The translations under genes and the position numbers were made by a program. A stretch of 64,000 nt of DNA from assembly GCF_009914755.1 (NCBI RefSeq), contig NC_060929.1, one strand, 5' to 3'. The number at the start of each line of letters is the position of its first letter. Position 1 is the stretch's first letter. Origin of the DNA: the human T2T-CHM13v2.0 reference genome, Homo sapiens. Shown here piece by piece: positions 12,206 through 27,275 of this stretch. Under the pieces are notes generated by a model. It was not told where the DNA came from. It was given only the letters and a program-made list of their open reading frames with translations, and searched no databases.

Positions 12206-13759
12206 ATTTTATGTTGCCATTGCTTGGAAACAAAAGGCAGTAATTTCACTAATTCTGAGAGAGTGTTCGCCTGGTTAAAATAGAATGAGAACATAGAACT
12301 ATAGATATTTGAAGTTCTGTAGACAAAAGGCAAAAGTAAGTGTGTGTTTGTGTAAGTGAGTTTGTTCACATCTGTGTATGTGAAAACTGAATGAAAGTTA
12401 TACTGAAGTAGAATTGTCATCTATAAAGAAGAGATTGAGTAACTACAAAGCTGTAATTATTTAACAGGCTTCCTCACAAATTAGTGAGTTTCTCTTCCCA
12501 TAGTTAGCCAAGCAGAATCCAATTACCATGTATTGGTGATTTTGTTGAACAAAGCCATGCACTTAAGAAAGTTTGACTCAGTGACCTCTACTATCCATTC
12601 AAATTAAGATTCTGTGAATTTAAATCCACACAGTAATCAACTGTCCTAGAATAAAAGTAGTCCCTCTGGCTCATCTCTTTTTTATCACTCATTATATCAA
12701 AGGTACAGCCTTCCTAGAGGCAGACTCTCATTCACTTTTTTTTTTTTTTCCTGAGTCAAGGCAGGATGTATACCCTCAGCTCTTGCGAGGTAGAATTAAG
12801 TATCATGGTCCCTTTGCTATAGGGACAACTCTGACTCTGATGCATTATGCATCTGGTTTTAGTAGAATGATAAACCTAGTGGCTGGGCAGTTCTTTTACT
12901 TGGTGATAAAATTAGCATTAATTCCCATCTTACTCCATCCTCAAACTAAATTTCCTGAAAAAGATTAGTTAGTTCAGAATTTTGGTTTGGTTGGTTGGTT
13001 TAATATACTTTACAAATATGTTTTAATGCAAATCCCCAATCCAACAATATTGACATCAAATAATTTAGTGTGTTATCCTTTCCTATAGACTCAATTTGCA
13101 GGGACCACAGACACATGCATACTAAATATATCTGACCTGTTGGCACAGATCCTTTGTCACAGTTTATGTATCATTTACTTGAGTCATAGCTGGCATTTAC
13201 TTCCTACCCATCACTTAACATTCTGTCCTCTAACCCTCAGTCTCAGAGTCGTTTTCAAATGACTCTTTGTGATTCCATTCAATTTGCAAGCTGATTTACA
13301 TGCTCCCTGTCTGTGGGAAATGCCATAATATTTTCAATCTGTTCCACTTAACAAATTTGTTGCACAGTAGGGAAGCTATACCAATCATTCTTTCATGATA
13401 TAAATTTGCAAAGAAAGGAGATGTCCCTGTATCTGATTTTGAAGGATGTGGGCTTCACCCTGTTTGTTAATGACAAACAATGTAAAGATGCAAATTTCAA
13501 GGCAATATTGTCTCTGTGTTTTTTGATCTCTTTTTATTGTTTGTAGAATTTTAATTTATGCTGGGCAAGCACAAACAAAAAGTACATCAGAGAGAAGTTA
13601 GGCTTTTCAGAGAAATATACACATTGTTTTTAGAATTCAACCAGTATTAAGTAACTTGCTCATAGCAGCAGGAAATAGTTATTCGTCCTCTTCTCTACTT
13701 ATTGTTGTGTTTATTAGAAATATAAACTGGCTAGAAGAACACAGGCCTCCTGCATTCTG

Positions 13760-13960
13760 GAGCTTACTAGATGCCATACTGTCAAGCAATATAATTGCAT
13801 AATCACCTTTCCTCTTCATAACAACTTTCAGAATTGGATATTTCTGTTACCATTTTTACTGAAGACCAGGTTGAAGATTTGAGGAACTTGATGGCCCACC
13901 TGCAGTCACTTTTAGAATTTAAGCATGGCTTTTCTGTCTACAAATTCATGTTCCTTCCAA
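13760..13960 (-). mobile_element. Degenerate MIR fragment
   Basis: CCTCTTCATAACAACTTT...CATTTTTACTGAAGA...GGAACTTG...AGAATTTAAGCATGG. Confidence 0.5.
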
Positions 13961-15184
13961 AACACCAAAAATAATGGCATCCATTGAAGGTTTCCAAATA
14001 AGGAACATGATGATCAAAGTCATATTTCTTAATAGCCCTTCCTCTCTACCTGCATTTTCCCCATTCATATCCCGTACCTAGTTAATCCTTTTAATAAATA
14101 AGGTTTTAGCTCTTTATTCCATATTGTCTTTGCCTTTTATTACTTTGAAACAGGCATTGAAAATAATAGCAGCAACATCTACATCAAAAATTCATAATAC
14201 AATTGACAATCCTAAAGCCTAATATAACGAGTTTTACATGGCTTCTTTGCATGTATCTAGAGACACAAACCTTTCATAACATGTGATTTTAGAGGTAAAC
14301 AAAGGTCACCTGATATTAAAAGATTAAAATTTAACATTATGACTTCATCCAAAAATGAAATTCTCCTTGTATTTGATGAATTTTTAAAGAATAATCCATT
14401 TGTACATTCATATAAATATGGAAAATACTATGACAAAAGGCTAAAAGGACACAGGCCAAGAAAAGAGATCATTTAAAGACTAAGGGCATTAGGGCAGTGG
14501 ATAGGATGAAGAAGTTAACTGAAGTGGTTATTAGAGAAATTAAGGTGAATGCTGCTCAAGACAGCCTTGCTGAGAACAGAATGAAAATTAAGTGATGACT
14601 AGATGATAAATACTACATTTCCATAACTCTAAGACATTATCAATTTAATAACAACCTTTCAGAAAGTGATGTATCACAATTTGGAAATGTTAAAATATGC
14701 AACATTTTGCATTGGTAGAGACATGCAGACCTACGAGAGAATTCACAAGATCTATTCCTTTTGTGAAGGCCTTTATCTTAAATCTTCCACTCTTGTTTGG
14801 TACTAGGAAAAGTTTAAGTCAGCTAGAATTTCCACCTAATCCTTCCTGTATTATAGTTTTCTTCTATAATTCACTTTACCTTTTAGCAATACATTTTATA
14901 TTTGAATTCCAGTCCAATGCATCTGTCCTCTGAAACCTGATATGATACAATGGTTTGGTTCTGCTTCATCCAATTTCCTTCAGGGCTCAATGGAAGAAGG
15001 GGTGTTGTCCCATTCAGTGGTCCACAACATGAAGAATAGTGGCTATAATTAGTAGTGGGGCAACTTACAACATGGAAGTATCAGGAAGAAGACACGTAAA
15101 AGTAGCCAGAAAATTAAGCCTTTTAATTGGCTGGGTAGGTTAGCGGCAATTACGCTTAAAAAAGAGTGGTAGATATTAGACTAA

Positions 15185-15480
15185 CACATTCAATAAACTG
15201 TCCTCTGAGCCAAGCCAGGTGTTTAGTGCTATGAATATATGGAGAAAGAAAATAGATCCCACCCTCAAAAAGTTCACAGTTCCTTAGAAAAGTAAAAGAA
15301 TATAAATGTAAGGTTATATTTTTATAAGGTTAAAATGAAGGGTTGTAAGCATGAAGAAGAAGGTACTCACAGAGTGACAAGAGCCCAGGGAATAGGACAT
15401 TTAATATTTGATGGGCAGGAGTAAGACAATTTCAAGAGGAATTAAAACTTCAGGAATAGCTTAAAGAATGAAATATAAAT
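15185..15480 (-). mobile_element. L2 3' end fragment
   Basis: CATTCAATAAAC...CCAAGCCAGGTGTTTAGTGCT...CCCACCCTCAAAAGTTCACAGT. Confidence 0.6.
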
Positions 15481-15544
15481 TCTCATAAATTATAAAAGCA
15501 TAGTCCTTCCTGTTCTTGTTTGTTTTTGGACAAAGTTTAATGTT

Positions 15545-15770
15545 TATTCCTTGAAAAAGTAAATATGAAGTTTGTTAGTTTCCTTTAAAGAAACAAACTT
15601 CTAGGAAGATTCGTCAGAGAAAAAAAGAATACAGATAACTAACATCAAGAATGAAAATGGGGACATAATTACAGAACTAGAAGGGAGTAGAAAATTAATA
15701 TGAGGGTCTTCATGACATGACATTTGAAAATTTAAATAAAATGAAGAATTTCTTTAATAACTCTTAAAAA
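15545..15770 (+). mobile_element. Ancient L1M ORF2 fragment
   Basis: AACATCAAGAATGAAAATGGGGACATAATTACAGA...ATTTGAAAATTTAAATAAAATG, the same ORF2 segment seen at ~61000-61110. Confidence 0.65.
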
Positions 15771-16089
15771 TTGAAAATAACTATAATGAGACAGTAGTTG
15801 ACTCTGGTAATAATCTACTCAGTAAATAAACACTAAGCACTAATTGTTTTATAGGACTGTACTCCAAACTCTCAAGAATATTTTTTAAAAATTTTATTTT
15901 TAGCTTTTTCTTATTGACAGGTAAATTAAAATTATGAGGGAATTTAAAGTGAATAAACTTATTTGAGAATTATACTGTTATTATGAAGAAAACCTGAATT
16001 ATATTATCAGTGAATGCTTGTTTCCCCATATAATTTCCCAATTTTTATCTTATTCAGAAACCAGGCCATCTAGCTGCTATATCTTGATG

Positions 16090-17105
16090 TTCTCCCCTTT
16101 TTGGGGCATCCAAACTCTTTCCTGTTTTCTCTTTCCTCCTACTTTTATGTTCTTTCATTGTTAAATCTTCTCAGAGTCCTGGCTTTCTCTAGGGCTCCAG
16201 CCATAGATTTCATTCTTTTATCATTTTAAATGACCTCACAGACTTTTCTTGTCAATGTCACAGGTTTTAACAATTATTTCTGGGTAAATTCCCTACCCCT
16301 CAATTCTTCTGTTGGCTTTGGATCTTAATATCATCCTGTTCAAACTGAGATTTGCCTCCAAACTTATTCTTCATTTTATATTTTCTCTCTTGATGAAATT
16401 GTCACTATTCTTTCAATTATTCTATAAAAACCTGTATACTGAAATGCTTTCTCTCCCTCAGCCCTCAAATACCATTAATTGTGTAAGATTCTCTCTTCTA
16501 AATCTTTCTCTAGCCTTAGTCCCATCTTAATTTTTACTTCTGTTGCCTTAATTCAGGTCCTCAGTATCTTCAGTTTGAAAAATTGAAATAATTAGTTAGT
16601 CTCTCTGACATCATTCACTTCCACATATAATCCATCTTCCACAAGAGTGATCTTAATAAAAATTAAAATGTCATTCTATCTGTTGCTTAAAAGCCTTCAG
16701 TGACTGCCATTTATTTGCCTAAGTGATAAACACTAAATTCCTTAGAAACTGACTCCAGCTCCAGGTGCTACACAAATTGGCCACTGTGTTCTCTTGCCAA
16801 CCTTAGATCAAAATATCTCTGCTCCTGGCCCCACTGTGGTTTATGGTCTAATAAATTTAAAATACACAGTATTGCCTTCTCCTCCTTTTAGTATACACAC
16901 ACTCTAACAGGGCATTTTTATTTCCTTGGCTTTGATTACCACTTCTATGTTGATGACTCCCAAATCTATATCTCCCTCCAGTATATATTTCCTGGACTCC
17001 AGACAGGGACATCAAACTGCAATGTTTATTTCTGCTAAAGTGTACTGCAGCTATCTCAAACCCAGCATTTCTGCAATTGGATTTATAATCTTCCACAAAC
17101 CTATT
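16090..17105 (+). mobile_element. L2 fragments
   Basis: Pyrimidine-rich L2-like motifs: ATCCATCTTCCAC, CTTAAAAGCCTTCAGTGACTGCCATT, GATGACTCCCAAATCTATATCTCC, CATCAAACTGCAATGT. Confidence 0.6.
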
Positions 17106-17229
17106 GCATATAGCATTTTTAAGGATTTGTAGGAACATTTGTGTTATTATGGCAATACTTCATTTTATATATGTAGAAACAGGCTCAGAAAGGTTTATTT
17201 GTCAAGATGTTTTGTATTTTAGAAACATC

Positions 17230-17730
17230 AGCTTGAAGTAGATTTAATGAAAATGGTATAAATTATGTCCCATAATTCAAAGCTCAAAAGCCCTCATGAG
17301 ATTTCAATTACTTCAATCTAGCTGCTTTTTGTATTCCCTCTCCCTCCACCATTCAGTTTAGATGTCTCCCTATTGTGGGCAATATGGCAGCCAAACTCTC
17401 TGGACTTATGTCATATCTTCTCAGCAGCCATTGGGTAAAAATAGAACTCTCTTCCCAAATGGTTAAAAAAAAAAAATTCCCAATGGAAAACGTTGTCAAT
17501 CCATGAAAAATATGGAGCATGTACCCCTTCTGTGAAACAATAATGTGACCATGCAGATGGCCTATGTTAAGATATGTGTTATTTTGGAAAGCAGGAGATG
17601 AACCCTCAGTGGAACCATATGGATGTAGTAAGTGGTAGGAGTAATTTAGGAGATGGGAGGGGGGGATTATGAAACTGTTACCAGAACAAGGAGAAACAGA
17701 TGCAAAGCAGGTGAAAGCAATAGCTACTTG
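17230..17730 (-). mobile_element. Old MaLR (MLT1-like) LTR, apparently splitting a MIR (~17150-17210 and ~17740-17805)
   Basis: AATATGGCAGCCAAAC, CTGTTACCAGAACAAGGAG..GATGC MLT1-like motifs; MIR halves GAAACAGGCTCAGAAAGGTT and AGAACTCAAACTCAGGTC on either side. Confidence 0.4.
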
Positions 17731-18319
17731 CTCATAATTAAGTCAGCAAAGTGATCAGGCAAGAACTCAAACTCAGGTCATTTAGTTCCCATACTATCCT
17801 TGTTATGTTCTTCAATGAATACCTTCAGCTGTAACTTAGCAAATGGAGAGAGAGAGAGATGTAAAACAGAGCTCCTTATCTTAGGGAACTATAAATCTTA
17901 TACTGTAGGTCAGTAGTTCCCAATCATTGCATCACCAACAACTTATAGTGTTTCCTCCTCTGAAAGCTATGACTTAAAAAAAGTAAATTTATAAATGACA
18001 TTTATTATATAATAATTAAGAGATTGCTTATATTTTATTGATACAGTGCATTACTTTTTTTTTTAATAAAGGAAATTATTTACCTAGATTGAGAATGACT
18101 GTTTTTGGTGAAGAGCACTAAAAGCTAGTGAGCTGGGACATTGCTTCTGCATGACCTTTCTTGTCACAGAAATAGGTGGTTGGCCTTGTGTTTCTTCTGT
18201 GCCTCCTACATTTGTTTATTGGGCTCCAAACGTGTCTTTTCCTTTTACCCCTCATACGGATTTCTAACCCTCAACCCAACTAGTTTTCAGCCAGAATGTG
18301 GTATAAGAAGTAACTTACG

Positions 18320-18718
18320 ATGGTGTGGTATTGATCACTAAGATGTTCACAAATGTGCTGTTTTTCTTCTGAGTAGGATTGCACTTTGCCACTCTCTTGA
18401 CATTAGACATAGGCATGGGAGTCACTTTGGCTAACCAATTATAAGTGGTGGCATTTGCCATTTCCATGAGGAATTTTCAAAGCCAGTGTACAATCCAATG
18501 CCTTCCCCTTTCCTTCCCTAGCAGTCATGGAGACATGTGAGGAGATGGAGTCTCCATTAGCCTTTGTTCCTGAGAGACTACGATGCGCAAAGCCCTCTGC
18601 CAACCTACATTAGACTTGTAGCATGAGAGAGAAACACTTTTTGTTGTGGTGTTTGGTTACTGAAATTTTGGAAAGTGTCTGTTATTGTAACGTAACATAG
18701 CCTATTCAGACTGAATCA
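18320..18718 (+). mobile_element. MLT1 (I/J/K-like) MaLR solo LTR
   Basis: GGATTGCACTTTGCC...CACTTTGGCTAA...GACTTGTAGCATGAGAGAGAAAC...CATAGCCTATTCAGACTGAATCA. Confidence 0.75.
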
Positions 18719-21700
18719 AGCATATTCCCTAAACCACCCAGGTATGTACCCCTTTCCAGTGGTATTTACAGTTTTAGAAAATGCTTGGAAAGAATCCAAA
18801 GGAAAGAATACATAGTGGTAGAATTTTAACATTTGGGAGTCCTAAAAAGTATTAATATTTGAAGGGTTCTACATTAGGCAAATACTCTACTGTTTGTTAG
18901 GGATCCATAAAAAACAAAACAAGAAAACTAAAGAAAAAACAGTCATAGAATTTGAATTTGGGCACATGCCCATGAGGATTTTGTTTTATCTCATTATTTT
19001 CTGAAGCAAATATATACTTAGACATGCCCACATTTTTAAAAAATAAAATATGGAAACTACCAAATGGAAGGAGTTGTTGCTCATTTACAGTAACTTCCAA
19101 TTTAGTGACATCCAGAACATTAAAAAAAAAAAAAAATTTGGATCCCTCTGCTTCTGTTCAAAATTCTGTCTTGAAGAAAAGAACATGATGAACTGCCCTT
19201 GAGTTGCTGTGAAAGGGAAATAAAACTTTATTATCTCTCTCTAAAGTTAGTTAGGGAAGGTTCTTCAGCCTGTCATAGGAAACTGGGAGGAAGGCTGAAG
19301 TTAATGAGCTGCTTGCATTGCGATGGCTTATTTCAAAGAAGCTGTGTTTCTCCATAGTGGAGCCATCAGAAAAAAAGAATCAGCAGGACAGCGGAAAGCA
19401 TCATAATTAATAAGGGACCAAACCAAATGGTGTTTAATCTAACAGGACTATTCCAAACTATAGACAATAACAGTGTGAGTCTTCATTTACAAAGGCAATC
19501 TATCACATGTCCTCCCAAGAAAGTGAGAAGTATCAATCTCTTTAGCTCAAATTTAAAAATGCCGTAGAACAAAATAAACTCCATAGAGACAAAAAAAAAA
19601 AAAGTTTAAAAGATGTGGAGAGAAATGTGAGTGAAAGAGATTTAATCTCTGTTATCTGGGATGCAGCAGACAGTGGAAGTTCCATTTACCATCTGTGACT
19701 AAATGCACTAATGCCAAACTTTTACTCTCAGTACTACCTTCAGGTGGTCTGTGGCTTATTATCTAAAGGCTTGGGAATTATAAGTTCTCTCTAATGACAT
19801 AGTAATGCTGGTAAAGGATGACTTTTAATATTTCTTAAAGGAGTGTCTGATTAATCAAGAAATGGAGTTTGCAGTCCTCAAATTTGCATTCTGAGAATTT
19901 GAGAAGGAAAGAGCTCTAAAGAGAGTAAACTCTTTTACAACCACCATTCAGGTGTTCAGCTTTATTTCAGTGCTTCTTTTATTATAATGGTATTTTTTTG
20001 TCTACACAACGTTATAAGTATTTGAGCCCTGAGGATACGTTTACTCTAGTAGTAGGAAATTAAAGATAACAAAAATATGCACATCCTCCTAGTTTAAAGG
20101 AAACGCTTACCCTTATTCTTTAGAAAATAAATGGACAAAGATACAAGAAACCTGGACTAACTTGAGGCAATTCAATTTATTGGTAAGTATTAGCACTAGT
20201 TAAGTCATCTAGCAGGGAACTCACATTGGAAGATTAAAAATGTGAAAGATTTTTGTAGAAGCAATGATCTCAATTATGAATTATTTACCGAGGTTTCACT
20301 TTTATTAATTTGTGTTTTAACAGCACACGTTTTTACATTACATCTATTTGCAAAGAGAAAATGAAAAAAATGGCTGGAAGTATGTGACAGGAGAAGGTTT
20401 TAAATGCTATTAAGTGAGCCTTGATTCTTGCCAATAAGCATTAGAAAGACAGGAGGTCAGAAAATGTGGTTTGAAGTACCATGCTTTCATTAGAGCGAAC
20501 TTTATTTTTTTTTATTTTGTCTATATAGTTTTCAGTCTCTTGTTATAAAATAAAATCCTTCTCTGAAACAAAATTAATGTAAAGAATTGTCAAAACAAAA
20601 GTCTGTCTCAACTTTAAAATAACAAGTTTCTAATTATCTGCGGGAAAGATGAAAGTTAAAAAATTTTAGGTTTAAGATTGAATATGAAGATATACAACTA
20701 TAAAGATTGTTTTTTGGTAAATTTGATATAGTCTAGTTTTCATTATGTTTGCTGTTTTTTCATTTCCATTTTTATTTCACATGTACCTGATGCTGTTTTT
20801 TAAAAATAATTTTGTGTGAATACATATAAAAATTTAAATTACTTCTCTGTATTTTACACTTTATTTTTACATATAGGTTCATTATATTTCCAGATTATAA
20901 GCCATCTCTATTATTCATATGAACTAAAATGGCCAAGAATTGTTTCAGTGATTTTTCTAAACAACTAAACATAGTGTAATAAGAATGTTGGAACCACTGT
21001 GTATATTATGCCTAATTTACTATTGCAACTGTTTCTTTTCTATTAGGATTTAATTCAGATGCTGAGCTTGATATCTTATGTTTTATATTATGATGTCTCT
21101 ATACAGAGAGCTAAATTTTATTTTCATTTTATTTAAATTATTGGATATTTTTATTTACACACAGAAATGTGTAATATATTTCCTATATACAATTACTAGG
21201 CAAGAGGACCAAATTTGATTCCGAGCTTACTGAGTTCAAAGTAGAAAAAGAAAGGGAGATACTAGCAAGGTTCCTAATATTCATGAGAAAAAAAGAGTTC
21301 CCTAGATAAAAACTAGAAAAGAAAAGGCAGTTGGTTGCAAGATTTCAAGCCCAGAGAAAAAAACAGACAGCTATTAAGAAGAAGCTTTTAAAAAAATATA
21401 TCTGAAAGAAATGTCTCTTGTGGGTCTTCCTACAAAAGACATTGTGTGATACACTGTAGGATATTCTCAACAGCATCTGCACAATAGATCCAATGACAAA
21501 TTTATATTTTTTAAAGTTATTTTTCATGTCCTTGAGTGTAAGCTGGTAGCCTAAAGCCAAAACTCAATTTAATAAAAACAATTAGAAGAGAAAAGCCCAA
21601 ATGGTGCAATCCAAATCCAGAGCTCTTTAGTGTTCTAGACAGATCCAAGGATAAAGTTGAGACTATCATAGGGAATGGACGAGCTAACTGATTGTAGTGG

Positions 21701-22304
21701 TCAATCACCAGAATCAGGGCAAATTCCTTCTAACGTGGAAGATCCTCCCAGTGTTTGGGATGTAGTGCCATTCATCATTGATTAATGCTATTTATGCTTC
21801 GTCTAGTGGAACATCAAGACTTCATTCGATAAATAAAAATCACCAAATCCCCATTCTTCTAAACTCTAACAAAAGAAATACAAAAATTTCTAATATTTTA
21901 TTTACTTCCATCAGTATAAAAGGAGACAGTATCTTGCTAAGTAGGAAAAAACTATGATCTCCATTGCAACCTCATTATCATGCAGTGCCAGAGTGAATTT
22001 TTCCTCATAAAATGCCTAGGCCTTGAAACAACCCAATTCTAAATACTCAGAGGGGGAAAAAAAGAATATAGGATCTAAAAATAGTGCCAAAAAGTTTTAC
22101 TATAATGAAAGTGTTGAAAATTAAGAATATCACCATGGTTTAAAATTACAAGCTTACTTGTTTATTACATTTTTCAATCTATCACTCCTAGGGATTATGC
22201 CAAGTGTCATGATTTTGTTATGAATTGATAGATACTGAGCTTACATTTTATTGGAGGGGACAGGGAGTAAACAAACAAACAAAAAACAAATAAAATAACC
22301 ATGA

Positions 22305-22675
<371 letters not shown>

Positions 22676-24415
22676 TTAATATTAGAATATTGAAGGATGT
22701 GTCATCCTTCGTGAGTGATGGTATCAATTGCACTGGTATTTTTTTCTAGACTATATTTCATTTTAGACCAAGCCTAATTTTGTTCAGGCCAGAAAACATG
22801 CAGGTCTGTGGTAATTTGCATGACTGAAAAAGAGACTTTCATTATCTCTTTGAGCATGATAGAAAAAAAAAATCAACTGAAATTGTTCTCTTGGAGGTTG
22901 CTTCAGGCCAAACAGTCAATAATAAGGTAATAAATAAGACTTTATGTGAGTCCGTGGAAAGAACTTATTGAAAGATGACTATATTCCACTCCAAAACTAT
23001 TCTCCTAGGTAGTTTTTCAAAGCAGAATTTCAGAATTTAGAAGATTATTACTCTGATGTGAGAGTCTGGCTGTGCCTGTGATGTAGTCTACTGTAAGTAA
23101 ATAAAGTGAGATGCAAATTCATGTCGTTAAAAAATATTTCTTCTTCTTCACCTCGCTCTTAATATAATTCTTCAGTGAACATAATTCTTGATTTAAGCTT
23201 TATTTTACTAAATAACACACCTACTCAGTGTTTCGTCACCAGTATAGTTCTTCTTATTTTCAAAGCGAACTAATGAGAAGTTCAGACTCTCTGGAAAAAA
23301 ATAAATCTATGATTTTTCTTTTGCATGTGAATTCCACCAGCAACAGTAGGGCCTGTTTCATGATTTATTATGTATGAGGCCATTTTGCTCTTGTAATACA
23401 CATGAAGGAGCATTTTCTGTGCTTCATAATTGAGCAATAAGACATCAACAGCAAGCGGCTACCTCTGACTCCATGGAATATTTACAAGAATGAAGGCTGA
23501 AGTGCAAGTGATTTCAGTCATCAGAACAGTGCAATAATCTCAAAGAAAAAAAATACTTGAAACTCCTAATGCTATTCAAAATTGAAATTATAAAAATGGA
23601 AACATCTGCAACTACTGGATCCATTCACTCTGTATTATTAATTTGGGGATGTTGTCGTTAGCAAATCAGAAAATTTCATTTGTGCTAAGAGTTCTGAAAC
23701 TATTCCACAATGAGAAGTTACTTATTTTTCTACTGGCATTTTCTAAGAAAATGGCTTATTCCTGCAATTCATTTGATAGTAAAACTGTACAAATATTTCT
23801 CAGGGGAATCCAGTTACTTTGAACAAAGAAGAAAGTCTCATTGATTATTTGTTTCCAGATTTGGAAGCTGGAAAATGAGACTCTGTCTCTGATAGAAAAC
23901 ATGCATTTTAGGAGCTGAAAACTGGAGGTTCATGGAGGGTTGTGAGCCCAGGGAGGGTATGGAAGCTCCACGCCTCCTTTCTTATAACTCGCCCTACGCA
24001 TCTTTTCATCTGTATCCTTTGTAATACCCTTTATAATAAACTGGTAAATGTAAGTAAGTATTTTCCTGAGTTCTGTTAGCAGCTCCAGCAAATTAATAGA
24101 AACCAAAATGGGGCTGTGGGAACTCCAACTTGAAGCCAGGCCATTGGCCATTCAGGAGGCCTGGACTTGTGACTGGTGTGTGGGGGGAATTTGGGGGGCA
24201 TTTGTGCGGATTGGGCCCTCAAGCAATGGGATCTGACACTATCTCCAGGTAGATAGTGTTGGAATTGAATTGGAGGACATGGAGCTGGTGTCTGCTGCTT
24301 AGTGTGTGGGGCAAAACCCCTACAAATTGGTCATAGAAGTCTTTTGTGTTGATGATTGTTGTGGTGGTGTGAGAGCAGAGGAAAAACAGCTTGAGAAAGT
24401 TTTTTTCTGACATAC

Positions 24416-24434
24416 TGGGTGGTAGTGGTAGGAT
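24416..24434 (+). promoter_or_regulatory. Primer-binding site, tRNA-Leu type (ERVL-like)
   Basis: TGGGTGGTAGTGGTAGGAT just after the LTR end (...TCTGACA), close to the tRNA-Leu complement TGGTGGCAGCGGTGGGAT. Confidence 0.7.
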
Positions 24435-24905
24435 ATTCTGGTCTGGCACAGGCTCAGAGAAACATCTGGTTTGGGAAGAGAAAGGATAAAAAGGTGAAGG
24501 GATGAAGAACCATTGATTCCTATGTGGCCACGTGGCCACCCACTGTATAAAGCTACAGCTGAGTTGAGATCAGCTACTAAAGGTAAAAGTTACCAGTGGA
24601 CTTTAGAGATGAACCTAACTTCCAGTGAATTGGTTCACTGGATATATAAGGAAATGCAAACTATGAAAAAAAGCAAAATATTCGATCCCTTGGCTATTGC
24701 TATGTATAATAGCTAAAATGAAACTAAGAGAGCATTGGGTTGGGCCTTGAGGCTGGACCAAGCTCAGATGTGAGTTTGTCTAAGCTCAGGCCACTAGCCT
24801 CAATGCCACCCACAATGGAGAAAATTATACCGGGACAACAGAAAGTACCTCTGAGACCTGTGGTTACCAAGAATGTAGTTAATGTGGGGGAAGGGCAAAA
24901 TCAAG

Positions 24906-27275
24906 CACTATGGTTTGGATTTGTGTCCCAGCCCAAATCTCATGCCCCCAGTTGTAATCCCCAGTGTTGGAGGAGGGGCTTAGTGTGAGGTGATTGGATC
25001 ATGGGGGTAGATTTCTCCCTTGCTGTTCTCATGATAGTGAGTTTTCATGAAATCTGGTTGTTTAAAAGTGTGTAGCACCTCCTCCTTCACTCTCTTCCTC
25101 CTGTTCTGGCTGTAAGATATGCCTGCTTCCCCTTCATGTTCCTCCATGATTAAAGGTTCCTGAGGCCTCTCCTGCCACGCTTCTGGTATAGCCTGTGGAA
25201 CCATGAGCCAATTAAACCTTTTTTCTTTATAAATTACCCAGTCTCAAGTATTTCTTCATAGCAATGAAAGAACAGACTAATACAGAAGATTGGTACCAAG
25301 GAATAGGGCACTACTATAAAGACACCTGAAAATGTTGAAGTGACTTTAGAACTGGCTAACACCCAGAGTTTGGAACAGTTTGGAGGGCTCAGAAAAAGAC
25401 AGGAAAATGAGGGACAGTTTAGAACTTCCTAAGACTTGTTAAATTGTTGTGACTGAAATGCTGATAGTGATATGGACAATGAAGTCCAGGCTGAGGTGGT
25501 CCCAGATAGAGATGAGGAACTTACTGGGAACTGGAATAATGTTCACTCTTACTATGCTTTAGCAAAAAGACTGGTGGCATTGTGCCCCTGCCCTAGGGAT
25601 CTATAAAACTTTGAACTTGAGGCAGATGTGTTAGGGTATGTGGTGGAAGAAATTTCTCAGCAACAAAATGTTCAAAATGTAGCCTGGATGCTTTTAGCAG
25701 CCTAAACTTCTGTTTGTGAGCAATGAAATGATGTAAAACTGGAACTTATATTTAAAAGGGAAGAAGAGTTTAAAAGTTTGGAAAATTTGCAGCTCAGCCA
25801 TGTGGTAGAAAAGAAAAATCCATCTTCTTGAGAGGAATTCAAGCCTGCTGCATAAATTTGCATAAGTAAGGAGGATCCCTGCGATAATGGGGAAAATGCC
25901 TCAAAGGCATTTCAGAAACCTTTATGGAGTCCCCTGCCATTGGAAGCCCAGAGGCCTAGGAGGGGAAAATGGTTTCCTGGGCCAGGCCCAGGGCCCTGAT
26001 GCTCTGTGTAGCCTTGGGACATGGTGCCCTTTATTGTGTCCATTCCAACTCCAGCCATGGCTAAAATGGGCCAAGGTACACCTCAGGCCATTGTTCCAGA
26101 TGGTGGAAGCCAATAGCCATGGTGGCTTCCATGTGATGATAAGCCTGTCGGTGTAAAGAAGGCAAGAGTTGAGGCTTGGGAGCCTCTGCCTAGATTTCAG
26201 AGGATGTATGAAAATGCATAGATGTCCAGACAGAAGTCTGCTGCAGGCTTGGAGCCCTCATGGAGAACCTATACCAGGGCAGTGTGAAGGAAAAATGTGG
26301 TATTGGAGCCCCCAAACAGAGTCCCCACTGGGGCACTGTCTATTGAAGTTATGAGAACAGGGCCACCATCCTCCAGAACCCAGAATGTTAGATCCACCAA
26401 CAGCTTGCACCATGCACCTGGAAACGTTGCAGGCACTAAATGTCAGCCCTTGAGAGTAGCCATGGGAGCTGAGTCCGGCAAAGCCACAGGGGGAGAGCTC
26501 TCCAAGGCCTTGGGAGCTTACTTCTTGAATCACTGTGGTCTGGAGGTGAGATATGGAATCAAAGGAGATTATTTTGGAGCTTTAAGATGTAATGACTGAC
26601 CTGCTGGGTTTTGGACTTGCACAGGTCTGTAGCTTCTCTCATTTGTCTGATTTCTCCCTTTTGAAATATGTGTATTTATCCAATGCCTGTACCCCCATGG
26701 TATCTTGGAAGTAACTAACTTTTTTTTTATTTTACAGGTTCATAGGCAGAAGGGACTTGCCTTGTCTCAGATAAGACTTTGAACTGTGGACTTTAGAGTT
26801 AATGATGAAATAAGTTAAGACTTGGGACACCGTTAAAGAGGGGTGATTGTATTTTACAAGATGAGAAGAACGTGATATTTGAGAAGGGCCAGAATAATAT
26901 GGCTTACATTTGTGTTCCCACCCAAATCTCATGCCTTCAGTTATAATCTCCAATTTTTAAGGAGGGACCAGGTGGGATGTGATTGGATCATGGAGGTATA
27001 TTTCCCCCTTGTTGTTCTCATGATAGAAGGTTCTCATGAGATCTGGTTGTTTAAAAGTGTGTAGCAACGCCTCTTTCATTCTCTTCCTCCTGTACCAGCC
27101 ATGTAAGATGTACTAGCTTCCCCTTCACCTTCTGCCATGATTGAAGGTTTCCTGAGGCCTCCCTACCCATGCTTCCTGTACAGCCTATAGAACCACGTGC
27201 AAATTAAACCTTTTTCTTTATAAGTTGCCAAGTCTCAGGTATTTCTTTATAGAAGTGCGAGAACATGCTAATACA
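24906..27275 (+). mobile_element. Full-length THE1D-like MaLR provirus (LTR 24906-25284, internal 25285-26894, LTR 26895-27275)
   Basis: Two ~380-bp direct repeats (..TATGGTTTGGATTTGTGTCCC..CCCAAATCTCATG ... CTAATACA); THE1-int motifs TTGGAACAGTTTGGAGGGCTCAGAA; degenerate 5-bp TSD TCAAG / CCCAG. Confidence 0.92.
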
